Below, one piece after another: positions 51,670-61,365 of a DNA stretch of 64,000 nucleotides (its first letter is position 1; the number at the start of each line of letters is the position of its first letter). The translations under genes were made by a program, and so were the position numbers. The stretch comes from Candidatus Flemingiibacterium sp. (GTDB lineage: Bacteria > Bacillota > Clostridia > Oscillospirales > CAG-272). The notes below the pieces were generated by a model, which was not told the origin of the DNA, ran no database searches, and saw only the letters and a list, made by a program, of their open reading frames with translations. Location: positions 9,665 through 73,664 of the forward strand of contig JAZQZL010000058.1 in assembly GCA_045634005.1 (NCBI GenBank), written 5' to 3'.

Positions 51670-52188
51670 ATGAACAACATAAAATCGCCAAAGGATATAA
51701 ACGTCGTGCTCGTCGAGCCCGAGATTCCGCAGAACACGGGCAACATCGCGCGCACCTGCGCGGCAACGGGCGCGGCGCTCCACCTCGTACGTCCTCTCGG
51801 CTTCGAAATAGATGACCGCAAGCTAAAGCGCGCAGGACTTGACTATTGGGACAAGCTCGACATCACATACTACGATAATTTAGATGACTTTTTTGCAAAA
51901 AATCCCGATGCAGAGTTTTTCTGCTTTACAACAAAGGCGAAATATTGCTACACGGATATTACCTATCCGAAGCGCACGTTCTTAATGTTTGGCAAGGAAA
52001 CAAAGGGACTCCCCGAGGAGCTTCTTTACAATAACCCCGAGCGCTGCGTACGCATTCCGATGCGCGACACGCTTCGCTCGCTAAACCTTTCCAATTCCGC
52101 GGCGATTGCGGTTTACGAGGTGCTTCGCCAGCGAAGCTTCGACGGTCTTCGCCCAGATGGCGAGCTTACACAGTACAAATGGAATTAA
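51670..52188 (+). CDS. trmL: tRNA (cytidine/uridine-2'-O-)-methyltransferase TrmL (SpoU/TrmH family)
   Basis: ORF 51478..52188. Start at MNNIKSPKD (ATG 51670), after AAGGAGA. SPOUT motifs are present (VEPEIPQNTGNIARTC, FGKETKGLP, LNLSNSAAIAVYE). Confidence 0.85.
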   Translation: MNNIKSPKDINVVLVEPEIPQNTGNIARTCAATGAALHLVRPLGFEIDDRKLKRAGLDYWDKLDITYYDNLDDFFAKNPDAEFFCFTTKAKYCYTDITYPKRTFLMFGKETKGLPEELLYNNPERCVRIPMRDTLRSLNLSNSAAIAVYEVLRQRSFDGLRPDGELTQYKWN

Positions 52189-52204
52189 AGTAAGGAGTTT
52201 TATT

Positions 52205-53014
52205 ATGAGCACCATCAAAAGAGAATTCGGCATAAATGCGGACTGCCTAAACGGCATTAGCGAGCTTGATGCCCTTGAGCCTATCAAAAATGCAGGGTTT
52301 AACTCCGTTTTCCTCATATCCTACAAGAATGACGACGTTGCAGCCATAAAAACCAAAGCCGACGAGCTCGGTCTCACGGTTGAATTCATACACGCTCCGT
52401 TTAGCGGCATAAATAATATGTGGCTTTCGGGACTTGACTATCTTGATATTTTCGAGAAGATGAAGGAAAGCATCGACAGCGCTTCAAATAACGGAATTGA
52501 AGGCGTAGTCGTTCACGTGTCGAGCGGCTGGAAAGCACCTGCCGTTAACGACCTCGGACTTGCACGCTATGATGAGCTCGTGCTTTATGCAAGAGAAAAG
52601 GGCGTTAAGCTCGTATTTGAAAATCTTCGCATCACAGGCAATCTCGCTTATCTTGTTGACAGATATGAGCATCAGCCTCACGTTATGTTCTGCTACGACT
52701 GCGGTCACGAGCACTGCTATACCAAAACGGTACGCTGGATGAACATCTTCACCACGCGCCTCTTTTGCACCCACATTCATGACAACCCCGGCCGTCCTAC
52801 TGAAGACAAGGTAAACGACTTTGACTGGCACCTGCTCCCGTTCGACGGCACGTGCGACTATGCTATGATGATGCGCGACCTCGACAAATACGCTTACAGC
52901 GGCAGACTCACCCTCGAGGTGTCACAGAGCATTGGCGACTACGCCAATCTTAATGCGGAGCAGTTCCTCGCAACCTGCTATGAGCGCATAGAAAAAATAT
53001 CCGAAATGAACTGA
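52205..53014 (+). CDS. sugar phosphate isomerase/epimerase (xylose isomerase-like TIM barrel)
   Basis: ORF 52106..53014. Start at MSTIKREFG (ATG 52205), after AAGGAG. AP endonuclease 2 / TIM barrel-like pattern (VVVHVSSG, LVFENL, DCGHEH, THIHDN, LTLEV). Confidence 0.8.
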   Translation: MSTIKREFGINADCLNGISELDALEPIKNAGFNSVFLISYKNDDVAAIKTKADELGLTVEFIHAPFSGINNMWLSGLDYLDIFEKMKESIDSASNNGIEGVVVHVSSGWKAPAVNDLGLARYDELVLYAREKGVKLVFENLRITGNLAYLVDRYEHQPHVMFCYDCGHEHCYTKTVRWMNIFTTRLFCTHIHDNPGRPTEDKVNDFDWHLLPFDGTCDYAMMMRDLDKYAYSGRLTLEVSQSIGDYANLNAEQFLATCYERIEKISEMN

Positions 53015-53027
53015 ATTTATAAATAAA

Positions 53028-53066
53028 ACTGCCGATGAGCGTAATGCTCATCGGCAGTTATTTTTG
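53028..53066. terminator. bidirectional intrinsic terminator
   Basis: 13-bp stem ACTGCCGATGAGC / GCTCATCGGCAGT, followed by TATTTTTG, with an A-rich 5' flank. Confidence 0.8.
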
Positions 53067-53082
53067 TTTGAATTCGCTCTTA

Positions 53083-55854
53083 TTATTCCTGCGACGCAAG
53101 CGCTTCACATTTGCGGCACTTTAGCTGCTCAAGGAACAGTATCACGCTGAACGCAAGCAGCGACGACGCCGAAATAAGCGCACCGTATCTCACACACCTC
53201 GGCGAATACTTAAGCTCGACCGTATGTTCACCCGGAGTAAGCTCTACAGCCGTCAGAGCCTCAAGCACCTCCACGGTTTCTGTTTCTTCACCGTCAACGT
53301 ACACCTTCCACCCCTCATCGTACGGGATAGTCAGGAAAAGCATCGAGCGCTCCTCGCTTGCCGTAACCGTGCCGATAAAATGATCGTCCGTGAAGCTCTC
53401 GATATTGTACTCCTGTGCTTTGAGCTGTGGCATCACTTCTTTGTAAAGCGCCTCATCGAGATAGTAAATATATTCAACGCCGTTGGCAAGATATACCCTA
53501 TCGCCGTCAAGCTCCATCGAAAGGCTTATCTCCTCACCCGGCGTCTGCGCGCCAACGGACACTATTCTCCACGTTTCATTCGTAAAATACTCCGATATCT
53601 CCTCGCCGTTAAGGTATAGCGTCGTGTCGCGCTTGTACTCCGACGGGAAATAGACGAATATCTCGTATTCGTTCGACGGCGTGAAGCTCCACGTTATTCT
53701 TCCGTCGTGTGCATCAGTTACCTTGGTGTAGCGCTTGTGTCCCGTTACGTACGCAAGATTAAGATTGTCCGTGGTCGCTTCGATACCGCTGTACGGTTTG
53801 AATATCTCGACCGGCGCCTCCGTTTCGACAAAATCGGCCGACTCGCCGGCGTCTGCCGTTACACCCTCGCCGAGCATCGCGCTGACAAGCCTGTTCATAT
53901 AGCTAAGCGGCGACTCGTTTTTGTTGTATTCAAGCGCCGCAACGTCCGACGGCACCATATATCCGAGCGACAAAGCATAGTCGTTTCGGTAAACCTTCGT
54001 ATCGCTGTCATCATCGTGGAACACAGCCTCGCCCCAAAGCGAGTTAAGCGTTTTGTTTTCCGTTGTAATAAGATATTTCACGCCAAGCAAGCTGTCCGCC
54101 ACGGGAGTGCCGCCAAGATATTTTGACCAGTGCGCTTTCGAGGAATATCCCATACGGCGCAAAAATTCAATTTGATCGGAATCGAGCGTAGATGTGGAAT
54201 GTGTAAGGCCGCGAATGTTGAGCGTAAAGTTATCGTTGGTTTTGCGATGCTCGGTCTTCTCCGCGCGGTAGAATGAGGTGTCGTTTTCATTCACCCAATC
54301 AGCCGCACTCTCCCAGCGCTCCATAAAGCTGACGTAAGACGTGCGCGAGCTGTATACCACGTCATCGCCAAGCGCGGTCACGCAGTAAAGTCCGTTACAG
54401 AAAAGCTCAAGCAAAACGAATATGCAAAGTATCGTCGACACCGTTCCGTCAAGCCACCGCTTATTGCAGCCCGACAGGATTATCATATACGCTGCAATAA
54501 ATGCGACCGTAAACCATATGCAGATAAAATCGGGAAGATGCTCATATTCAAGCTTCTGCATCAGTATAACGAGAAGTCCGAGCACCGCGCCGACAGAAAG
54601 CACAATATTAATGTTAATAGCCTCAATATGCTCAAAGGCTCTATATGCCATTACGATTATAACGAAGCAAAATATAAAGCTGTAGCGGTAATTGAGCCAA
54701 TTGGGGTTCTGAAAACCGTGCCACGCCATATCCACAGTTGAGGAGATAAAGCTGAACGCATATATGCCCATCAATGCGCCGTACGCGATTTTTTGACGCG
54801 CACTTATCTGCTTTGCAAAGAAAAACACAACAAGCAGGATAAGCGTCAGCGTGCCCGAATAGACGAACGGCAAGCCCTCAGGGCGTACGGTATCGTATGA
54901 GCCCGGAAGCATCTTGGTGATAAGATCGAGGAAATCGAACTTTTGCTTGAAGGCATAGTTCGGTTCAGAGAATGTGGTCTTGCCGAACGTGAGCGAATAA
55001 TACGCAGGCAGAATAATGATTGCCGCAAGTCCTACGGCTATCACCGAGAACAGCGCTATTCTTCCAAGACTCTTTGCAAAATGCGCCCTCTCGCCACGCG
55101 GATTACGTTCTTGCGGTGTGCACATAAGATAATAAACGAAGAAATATATTGCGACCGCGATGCAAACCATATATCCGATATAGAAGTTGGAAAACACCGC
55201 AACGGCAAGCGTCAGAGTAAAAAGCTTATATTTGCCGTGCTTTATCAGCTCCTCCACTCCAAGCATAATGAGTGGGATGAACAAAAGACAGTCGATCCAC
55301 ATCGTATTGTGTTGCATTACGACTGCGTACGAGGTGAGCGCGTAGAGAACGGAGAAGATAACCTCGCTTGTAGGCTTCGTCGGGCGGGATTTGTGCAGAT
55401 AAACACACATATTCATACCCGAAAGTCCGCATTTGAGGAGAAGTATCGTCAGAAGCGACTCGGTTATCATGCCCTCGGGAAAGAGCGCAACGAGCACGGT
55501 AAACGGGCTCGCAAGATAGTACGCGACAATTCCGAGGAACTCTCCGCCAAGCGCACGCTCGAAGGAGTAGAGTATTCCCTGCTCGCCGCGAAGAATATCG
55601 CGCATCGCCTCAAAATAGTAAACGTACTGTCCGTTTAAGTCAAGCACGAGCACTGAGTTTTCACCAAACGGGAAAACCCTCATAGCAACGTAGATAAGTG
55701 CCATTATAATTACGGGCAGTATAAAAGCAAGCCCGATGTGGTGCATACCGTCAAGCGGTGCTAAAAATCGGGCGAGCCACAGCGGAGCTGTAAATCTTCG
55801 CTTGGCAGCCGGGGAAGCTTCCGCCTCTGCACCGATCATCATATTCTCGTCCAT
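53083..55854 (-). CDS. YfhO family membrane protein (putative glycosyltransferase)
   Basis: 923 aa. Many TM helices are followed by a large C-terminal extracytoplasmic domain and a final TM helix. The N-terminal region (VLVLDLNGQYVYYFEAMR...ILYSFERALGGEF) is typical of YfhO. Confidence 0.85.
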   Translation of the reverse strand: MDENMMIGAEAEASPAAKRRFTAPLWLARFLAPLDGMHHIGLAFILPVIIMALIYVAMRVFPFGENSVLVLDLNGQYVYYFEAMRDILRGEQGILYSFERALGGEFLGIVAYYLASPFTVLVALFPEGMITESLLTILLLKCGLSGMNMCVYLHKSRPTKPTSEVIFSVLYALTSYAVVMQHNTMWIDCLLFIPLIMLGVEELIKHGKYKLFTLTLAVAVFSNFYIGYMVCIAVAIYFFVYYLMCTPQERNPRGERAHFAKSLGRIALFSVIAVGLAAIIILPAYYSLTFGKTTFSEPNYAFKQKFDFLDLITKMLPGSYDTVRPEGLPFVYSGTLTLILLVVFFFAKQISARQKIAYGALMGIYAFSFISSTVDMAWHGFQNPNWLNYRYSFIFCFVIIVMAYRAFEHIEAININIVLSVGAVLGLLVILMQKLEYEHLPDFICIWFTVAFIAAYMIILSGCNKRWLDGTVSTILCIFVLLELFCNGLYCVTALGDDVVYSSRTSYVSFMERWESAADWVNENDTSFYRAEKTEHRKTNDNFTLNIRGLTHSTSTLDSDQIEFLRRMGYSSKAHWSKYLGGTPVADSLLGVKYLITTENKTLNSLWGEAVFHDDDSDTKVYRNDYALSLGYMVPSDVAALEYNKNESPLSYMNRLVSAMLGEGVTADAGESADFVETEAPVEIFKPYSGIEATTDNLNLAYVTGHKRYTKVTDAHDGRITWSFTPSNEYEIFVYFPSEYKRDTTLYLNGEEISEYFTNETWRIVSVGAQTPGEEISLSMELDGDRVYLANGVEYIYYLDEALYKEVMPQLKAQEYNIESFTDDHFIGTVTASEERSMLFLTIPYDEGWKVYVDGEETETVEVLEALTAVELTPGEHTVELKYSPRCVRYGALISASSLLAFSVILFLEQLKCRKCEALASQE

Positions 55855-55881
55855 AAGAAACCGTTCCTTTCAAAAATGCCA

Positions 55882-56100
55882 TCAGTCAGACGAGGGCTCT
55901 CCCCCGTCGCGAATTATCCTTTTTATATTTTTTTCAAGCTTGATTCTCGGCAGCGTCAAATCGCGTCCGCATGCTTCGCACACGATGCGAATATCGCTTC
56001 CGACACGTAGCACGCGAAAGCGTACGCTCGTCCTCGCACAAGGGTGCGGCTTTTTCATTTCGAGAATATCCCCGACGAATATTTGCAGTATCTGTGCCAC
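55882..56100 (-). CDS. DUF951 family protein
   Basis: GTG start after GGAGGTG. The sequence VGDILEMKKPHPC....RVGSDIRIVCEACGRDLTLPR matches the DUF951 pattern as I remember it. Confidence 0.75.
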   Translation of the reverse strand: MAQILQIFVGDILEMKKPHPCARTSVRFRVLRVGSDIRIVCEACGRDLTLPRIKLEKNIKRIIRDGGEPSSD

Positions 56101-56294
56101 GGCGCACCTCCGAAAAAAATCGTTATACGGTAATTATATCACATTTTCCACAGAAAGTACAGTATTTTCTAAAAAATCGCACCGCCCGATAAGGCAGCCG
56201 CGCCTCTGACGTTCCCCAATCCGTCCTCTATAATAGCAAATAGATAAGATAATTTGAAAAATCAATAAAATTCGCCGCTTTTTTATAACTTTTC

Positions 56295-56323
56295 TTGCAA
56301 AACTTCAAATCTTGTGATATCAT
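56295..56323 (+). promoter_or_regulatory. candidate promoter of the PocR/AraC regulator gene
   Basis: TTGCAA (56295-56300), 17 nt spacer containing a TG, TATCAT (56318-56323). Confidence 0.5.
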
Positions 56324-56355
56324 TATGGGTGACGACATAATTCGGAGGCGAGCAT

Positions 56356-57177
56356 ATGAACACACAAAAGGTTGAAGCGATATTACAAAGCTTATTTGAA
56401 ATATCGGGTATGGACGTTGCGGTGGTCAACGCAAAAAACAGAATACTCGCGCGCAGATACTCGGGTGCGCTCTACTGTAAAAGCATACACAAATCTCAAA
56501 AATGTCTTGATATGTGCACAGCGTCTGACAAATGTAAGCTCTGTGAGGCTCACAGCGAGGAAAAAATGGTGTTTTACAAATGCCCTTTCGGAATATACGA
56601 AGCAATAGTTCCTATAAAAAAGGCAAACGACATCATCGCCTATCTTTTCGTTGGACTCGGTCTTGAGGACAGCGAATCCGGCATCAGCGAGCCACTTTTG
56701 AGCGCACTCGACGTGGCTCCGAATCTTAACCGTGAGTCGTTGGTCGCAGGAATCGAAGCGATACCGCGCTTTTCTAAGAAAAAGCTCGAGGCGTACGCTT
56801 CTCTGCTGCCTATAATCGCCGAGCATCTGGAGATAAACGACCTTATTGCAGAGAGCGATATGACACTCGGGCAACTCGTCAAGAGATATATAAAGGATAA
56901 TATTTCAACGAAAATAACGCTGAACGAGCTTGCGCTGAAAATGCATTGCAGCACGGTTACTCTCACCGAGCATTTTAAAAGGGAATTCGGTATAACCATT
57001 GTAGAATACGTAAATCAAAAAAGGATACAAAAAGCAAAGCAGCTGCTTCAAAACAGCAGCCTTTCAATACGAGAGATATCCGAAACGTGCGGATTTTCGA
57101 GCGTGGAGTATTTTTCCCGAAGTTTCAAGGAAAGCGTCGGGCAGGCGCCCAGCGTATGGCAAAAGCATCGCAATTAG
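56356..57177 (+). CDS. AraC family transcriptional regulator with N-terminal PocR sensor domain
   Basis: PocR-like N-terminus (CKSIHKSQKCLDMC...CPFGIYEAIVPI) and a C-terminal AraC HTH (ISETCGFSSVEYFSRSFKE). Confidence 0.85.
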   Translation: MNTQKVEAILQSLFEISGMDVAVVNAKNRILARRYSGALYCKSIHKSQKCLDMCTASDKCKLCEAHSEEKMVFYKCPFGIYEAIVPIKKANDIIAYLFVGLGLEDSESGISEPLLSALDVAPNLNRESLVAGIEAIPRFSKKKLEAYASLLPIIAEHLEINDLIAESDMTLGQLVKRYIKDNISTKITLNELALKMHCSTVTLTEHFKREFGITIVEYVNQKRIQKAKQLLQNSSLSIREISETCGFSSVEYFSRSFKESVGQAPSVWQKHRN

Positions 57178-57209
57178 AACAATATTGCTCAAATATTAAA
57201 CAATATTGC
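57178..57209. promoter_or_regulatory. candidate operator: two direct repeats AACAATATTGC spaced 21 bp apart
   Basis: Exact 11-mers lie at 57178-57188 and 57199-57209. Each contains the palindrome CAATATTG. They are upstream of the nagA extended -10 element TGCTATAAT (57248-57256), which has no good -35. Confidence 0.45.
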
Positions 57210-57294
57210 CCGAATTAAGCCAAATACACGAAAAACTTTCAAAAATATGCTATAATCCACCATAGGAAGCTTTTATCCCAAGGAGGCAAAATCT

Positions 57295-58452
57295 ATGACA
57301 CTCACGTACATAACAAACGGCAAGATCGTTCTTCCCGACTCGCTTGTCACCGGCAAGGCGCTTGCCATCGACAGCGACAGCGGCAAGATCGTCGGTATCG
57401 TTGACACCGCGCCCGCAGGTGCAGACGTGATCGACGCAAACGGCGGATATATTGCGCCCGGACTCGTGGATATTCACATCCACGGCTATCTCGGTGAGGA
57501 CACCTGCGACGCAAAGCCCGATGGCATCAGAAAGATGGCTTACGGCATTGCAAAAAACGGCGTTACGTCCTTCCTTCCCACGACAATGACCGTGGCAAAG
57601 GACGAGATAATCGCCGCGCTCAACGCGGTTCGCTCGCTCAAAGAGGAGAGCAAAGCCTGGGACGGCGCCGAGATCATCGGCGTTCACGCCGAGGGTCCGT
57701 TTATCAACCCCTCTAAAAAGGGCGCGCAGGCAGAGGAGAACATTCTCACCCCCGACGCCGATTTCTTGATCGAAAACTCTGACATTATCACCTCTGTTAC
57801 TCTCGCTCCCGAAATGGACGTGGACCACAGGTGTATCAAAAAGCTCGCGGCAGAATCGAACATACTCGTTTCGATGGGACATACCGACGCGAAATTCGAG
57901 GAGGCAATGTCCGCAGCGAAGGATGGCGTAAACCACGCAACGCATCTATTCAACGCTATGTCAGCCCTCGCTCACCGCAATCCCGGAGTAGTCGGCGCGG
58001 CTCTCGCATCTGAAAACGTTTCCGTCGAGATCATCGCGGACACATTCCACATAAATCCCGGACTTTACTCGCTCGTTGCAAAATTAAAGGGCGACAAGAC
58101 CGTTCTCATCACCGACTGCACCAGAGCCGGCGGTATGCCCGACGGCGAATACACTCTCGGCGGACAGCCGATATTCTTAAAGGGTATCGAATGCCGCCTT
58201 GCAGACGGCACCATCGCAGGAAGCGTGCTTAAGCTCAATGATGCGGTAAGAAACGTGCTTAACAACACCCCCCTTCCCGTAAATGAAGTCTTTAAGATGG
58301 CATCGCTCAATCCTGCCACAGCTATTCACTGCGAGGATCGTATCGGCTCGCTCGAGGCAGGCAAGGACGCTGACGTTATCATCACCGATGAAAATATCAA
58401 TATCGTAAGAACTATTAAGAAAGGAAGAACCATTTATGCTACTCAAGGTTAA
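57295..58452 (+). CDS. nagA: N-acetylglucosamine-6-phosphate deacetylase
   Basis: AAGGAGG RBS. Amidohydrolase motifs are present (GLVDIHIHGY, HLFNAMS), and the gene is full length at 385 aa. Confidence 0.9.
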   Translation: MTLTYITNGKIVLPDSLVTGKALAIDSDSGKIVGIVDTAPAGADVIDANGGYIAPGLVDIHIHGYLGEDTCDAKPDGIRKMAYGIAKNGVTSFLPTTMTVAKDEIIAALNAVRSLKEESKAWDGAEIIGVHAEGPFINPSKKGAQAEENILTPDADFLIENSDIITSVTLAPEMDVDHRCIKKLAAESNILVSMGHTDAKFEEAMSAAKDGVNHATHLFNAMSALAHRNPGVVGAALASENVSVEIIADTFHINPGLYSLVAKLKGDKTVLITDCTRAGGMPDGEYTLGGQPIFLKGIECRLADGTIAGSVLKLNDAVRNVLNNTPLPVNEVFKMASLNPATAIHCEDRIGSLEAGKDADVIITDENINIVRTIKKGRTIYATQG

Positions 58453-59821
58453 TGCACCGCTCGATCCCGGCTTTATGCCGATGTCCGTAGTATACCGCGA
58501 TTTCGAGGCCGCAGTTAAGGCGGCAGGCGGCGAGCCGCTTACTATCGCGCTTGAAAGAAACGGCGGTCTTATCTCTACCTTCACCGTTGAGGTATACAAG
58601 GACGGTACCGGTCACGACGAGGAAAACTATGCGTTCATCGAGAGAATCGTCAAGACGCTTCTTTGGGCTCGCGGCGGCTTCAAGGTTACCGTTGCAGGCT
58701 CAAAGCTTATCGCAGACAGACTTGCGGCTGACTACTCCGTAGGCGGCGCACGCGATTTCGACCGCGACTTTATGGCGGGCGTTTACGAATCCGAGTTTGA
58801 GGTGGTACACGTTCCCTTCGATAAGGCTCCCGAGGCAAAGGAAGCCGCATCTCCCGTAGGCCGTCATCTCGACGGATGCCGCATCGGCTTTGATGCAGGC
58901 GGAAGCGACCTCAAGGTAAGCGCAGTTGTCGAAGGCGAGGCTACTTATTCCGAGGAGGTTGTTTGGTTCCCGAAGCTCCAGAACGATCCTTCCTATCACT
59001 ACGAGGGAATTATGGACGCGATGAAGACCGCAGCATCCAAGATGCCGCGCGTTGATGCTATCGGCGTTTCCACCGCAGGCGTTGTTGTAGGCAACCGCAT
59101 CATGATCTCCTCCCTCTTCCTTAAGGTAAAGAACGAAAATCCCGAGGCATTCGAGAAGGTCGTTAAGAATATCTACACCGACATAGCGAAGGAGCTTGGC
59201 AACGTACCGATCGAGGTTGCAAACGACGGCGACGTTACCGCGCTCGCAGGCGCTATGGACCTCAATGACAATAACGTACTCGGCGTTGCCATGGGTACGA
59301 GTGAGGCAGGCGGCTACGTTGACGGAAACGGCAACATCACCGGCTGGCTCAACGAGCTTGCATTCGTTCCCGCTGACTTCAACAAGGACGCTATGGTTGA
59401 CGAGTGGTCCGGTGACTACGGCTGCGGTGTTAAGTACTTCTCGCAGGATGCAGTTATCAAGCTTGCTCCGGCAGCGGGCATCGAGCTTGACGAAAACGCA
59501 TCTCCCGCAGAAAAGCTCAAGGTAGTTCAGGGACTTATGGCAAATGGCGACGAGCGTGCGGCGAAGATCTACGAAACCATCGGCTCGTACTTCGGCTACG
59601 CAGTTGCTTACTATGCTCTCTTCTACGATATCAAGCACGTTCTCCTTATGGGTCGCGTTTCCTCCGGTGAGGGCGGAAACATTCTTCATAAGACCGCCGA
59701 AAAGGTACTTGTCGAGGAATTCCCCGAGCTTGCAAAGAAGATCACCATTCACCTTCCCGATGAAAGCAGCCGCCGCGTTGGTCAGTCCATCGCAGCAGCA
59801 AGCCTTCCCAAGGTAAAATAA
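58436..59821 (+). CDS. ROK-family / ASKHA-fold sugar kinase-like protein with N-terminal extension
   Basis: Overlaps nagA by 17 nt. The ASKHA phosphate-1 motif GFDAGGSDLKV is at about residue 150. ROK-like segments are present (ANDGDVTALAG, GVAMGTSEAGGYV). Confidence 0.65.
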   Translation: MLLKVNAPLDPGFMPMSVVYRDFEAAVKAAGGEPLTIALERNGGLISTFTVEVYKDGTGHDEENYAFIERIVKTLLWARGGFKVTVAGSKLIADRLAADYSVGGARDFDRDFMAGVYESEFEVVHVPFDKAPEAKEAASPVGRHLDGCRIGFDAGGSDLKVSAVVEGEATYSEEVVWFPKLQNDPSYHYEGIMDAMKTAASKMPRVDAIGVSTAGVVVGNRIMISSLFLKVKNENPEAFEKVVKNIYTDIAKELGNVPIEVANDGDVTALAGAMDLNDNNVLGVAMGTSEAGGYVDGNGNITGWLNELAFVPADFNKDAMVDEWSGDYGCGVKYFSQDAVIKLAPAAGIELDENASPAEKLKVVQGLMANGDERAAKIYETIGSYFGYAVAYYALFYDIKHVLLMGRVSSGEGGNILHKTAEKVLVEEFPELAKKITIHLPDESSRRVGQSIAAASLPKVK

Positions 59822-59826
59822 AACAG

Positions 59827-59861
59827 AAAGCCTATCACACTGCCGTGATAGGCTTTTTTAT
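59827..59861. terminator. intrinsic terminator (bidirectional position)
   Basis: AAAGCCTATCAC-ACTGCC-GTGATAGGCTTT followed by TTTA. Confidence 0.75.
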
Positions 59862-59890
59862 CTTGGGCTTTAGAAAATAGGCAAATAAAA

Positions 59891-60316
59891 TTATTTTCTA
59901 TTGAAAATATGCAATAATACAGCCGAAACCACAATTTGCGCGCATATTACCGCAAGGTAAAAATAAAGCTCAAACACAATTACGTAACCTGCAGAAACGG
60001 CAATAGAAATAATCGTTCCTGTAACGATTGACCACCAAGCCCACTCGCTTTTTCTTTTGTCAAACAATAGAATAATAGCATAGCCTGCAAAGACGGCGGC
60101 AAGGCAAAGCGTCCATACTCTTATATCAGGCAATAAAACAGCGAAAACAAGCAGATTGATTACTAACCAACCGTTTGACAACAGGTGCAAAAAACGCTTC
60201 AGCTTAATGTTAGGATTATTTTGTGGCGAAACGTATTTATCGTAATCTTTTTTCACAGCTCCACACTCTTTCAGCTTTTTTGCGCTATAAATCGCTTCAA
60301 TTTCAACAAGGTGCAA
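59891..60316 (-). CDS. hypothetical small membrane protein
   Basis: AT-rich ORF with three or four predicted hydrophobic helices in the C-terminal 90 aa. The start is uncertain: it is a TTG at 60316, and there is no internal ATG. Confidence 0.45.
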   Translation of the reverse strand: MHLVEIEAIYSAKKLKECGAVKKDYDKYVSPQNNPNIKLKRFLHLLSNGWLVINLLVFAVLLPDIRVWTLCLAAVFAGYAIILLFDKRKSEWAWWSIVTGTIISIAVSAGYVIVFELYFYLAVICAQIVVSAVLLHIFNRK

Positions 60317-60346
60317 TAGCGGTAATTAATAAATGAACGGCGAATA

Positions 60347-61288
60347 TCATCGAAAGTCATCTGCGTTCTCCAAAATATAATTATACAGTAGCTCCAACGT
60401 TGGATTTTCAACGTGCTGATAATAAAACTCCTCTTCCTGCTCGAAATCTATTCCCTTATTCTCCATTTTTTCAAGTACAGCTTGGAGAGACGAATCCTTT
60501 GTAGGTACTTTTGAACGCGGAAATTTTCTTTGTATTTTCTCCATTAGAACCAACGCCTCAGTATCGGCAATCTCACGAAAAGCTGCTTGCGTTTGAGCAA
60601 AATTAAGTCCGTTGTACGTTAGATAATGCTCTATACCGTCGGAATTAACGTCGGTAATAAGCTGATCGATAAGATATACGGTTCGCTCCGAAGCTGTAAG
60701 AACGTTCAAAAAATTTCCATTACCGCAAAGCTCATTTAAATGCTCAGAAATAGCCGGCAACAAATCGTCTTTTGGTAATTTTAAAATATCATTAATATTC
60801 ATACTGCAAGATTCAGGCGAAAGCAGATTCTGATTAGCATTGAAGCTCATCGATGCGGGAACATCGTTTTGAACGTAATGCCTGTATTTTTCCCAAACAT
60901 CTGTCAAACCATTTATTTTTGCAGATTCTTCATAGTTATCCTTGGCAGTGCAAAAGCGAATCAGGTATTCTTTTCCTTGCTCAACGTTTCCGCTCATAAA
61001 TTCGTTTTCCGCCAAACGCAGATACAAGGTGGTAGTATTAGCAATTTGAGAAAAGGCGGTATGTGCAGTTGTCATAAAAACAATTCCCGCCTCATAATCA
61101 CCGTTATCCACAAACTGCGCTCCGTGAGCAACGAACAAATCGCCAATACCGAAATATTCCCTATAATCGTTAGCTAATGATGCAAGTTGTGTTTTTAGCT
61201 GTGATATATCTTTTGATTTTTTATATTCTTTTTCAGTTGTGGTTAAACGTTCAATAAACGTATACAATAAATTTTGGATGTTTTCCAC
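60347..61288 (-). CDS. hypothetical protein with C-terminal DUF4375 / DMP19-like domain
   Basis: 313 aa in AT-rich DNA. The segment ASERTVYLIDQLITDVNSDGIEHYLTYNG resembles the DMP19/DUF4375 core (ER..y....l..ev.NGG..qy). The assignment is from memory. Confidence 0.6.
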   Translation of the reverse strand: MENIQNLLYTFIERLTTTEKEYKKSKDISQLKTQLASLANDYREYFGIGDLFVAHGAQFVDNGDYEAGIVFMTTAHTAFSQIANTTTLYLRLAENEFMSGNVEQGKEYLIRFCTAKDNYEESAKINGLTDVWEKYRHYVQNDVPASMSFNANQNLLSPESCSMNINDILKLPKDDLLPAISEHLNELCGNGNFLNVLTASERTVYLIDQLITDVNSDGIEHYLTYNGLNFAQTQAAFREIADTEALVLMEKIQRKFPRSKVPTKDSSLQAVLEKMENKGIDFEQEEEFYYQHVENPTLELLYNYILENADDFR

Positions 61289-61329
61289 TTTAGCATCACC
61301 CCTCTATTCCGATTATAGCATAAATCGGG

Positions 61330-61365
61330 TAAAAAATCAACCCCGTGCTCATTACGAGCGCGGGG
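61330..61365 (-). terminator. intrinsic terminator after the 61374.. gene
   Basis: On the minus strand: CCCCGCGCTC-GTAAT-GAGCACGGGG followed by TTGATTTTTT. Confidence 0.7.
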
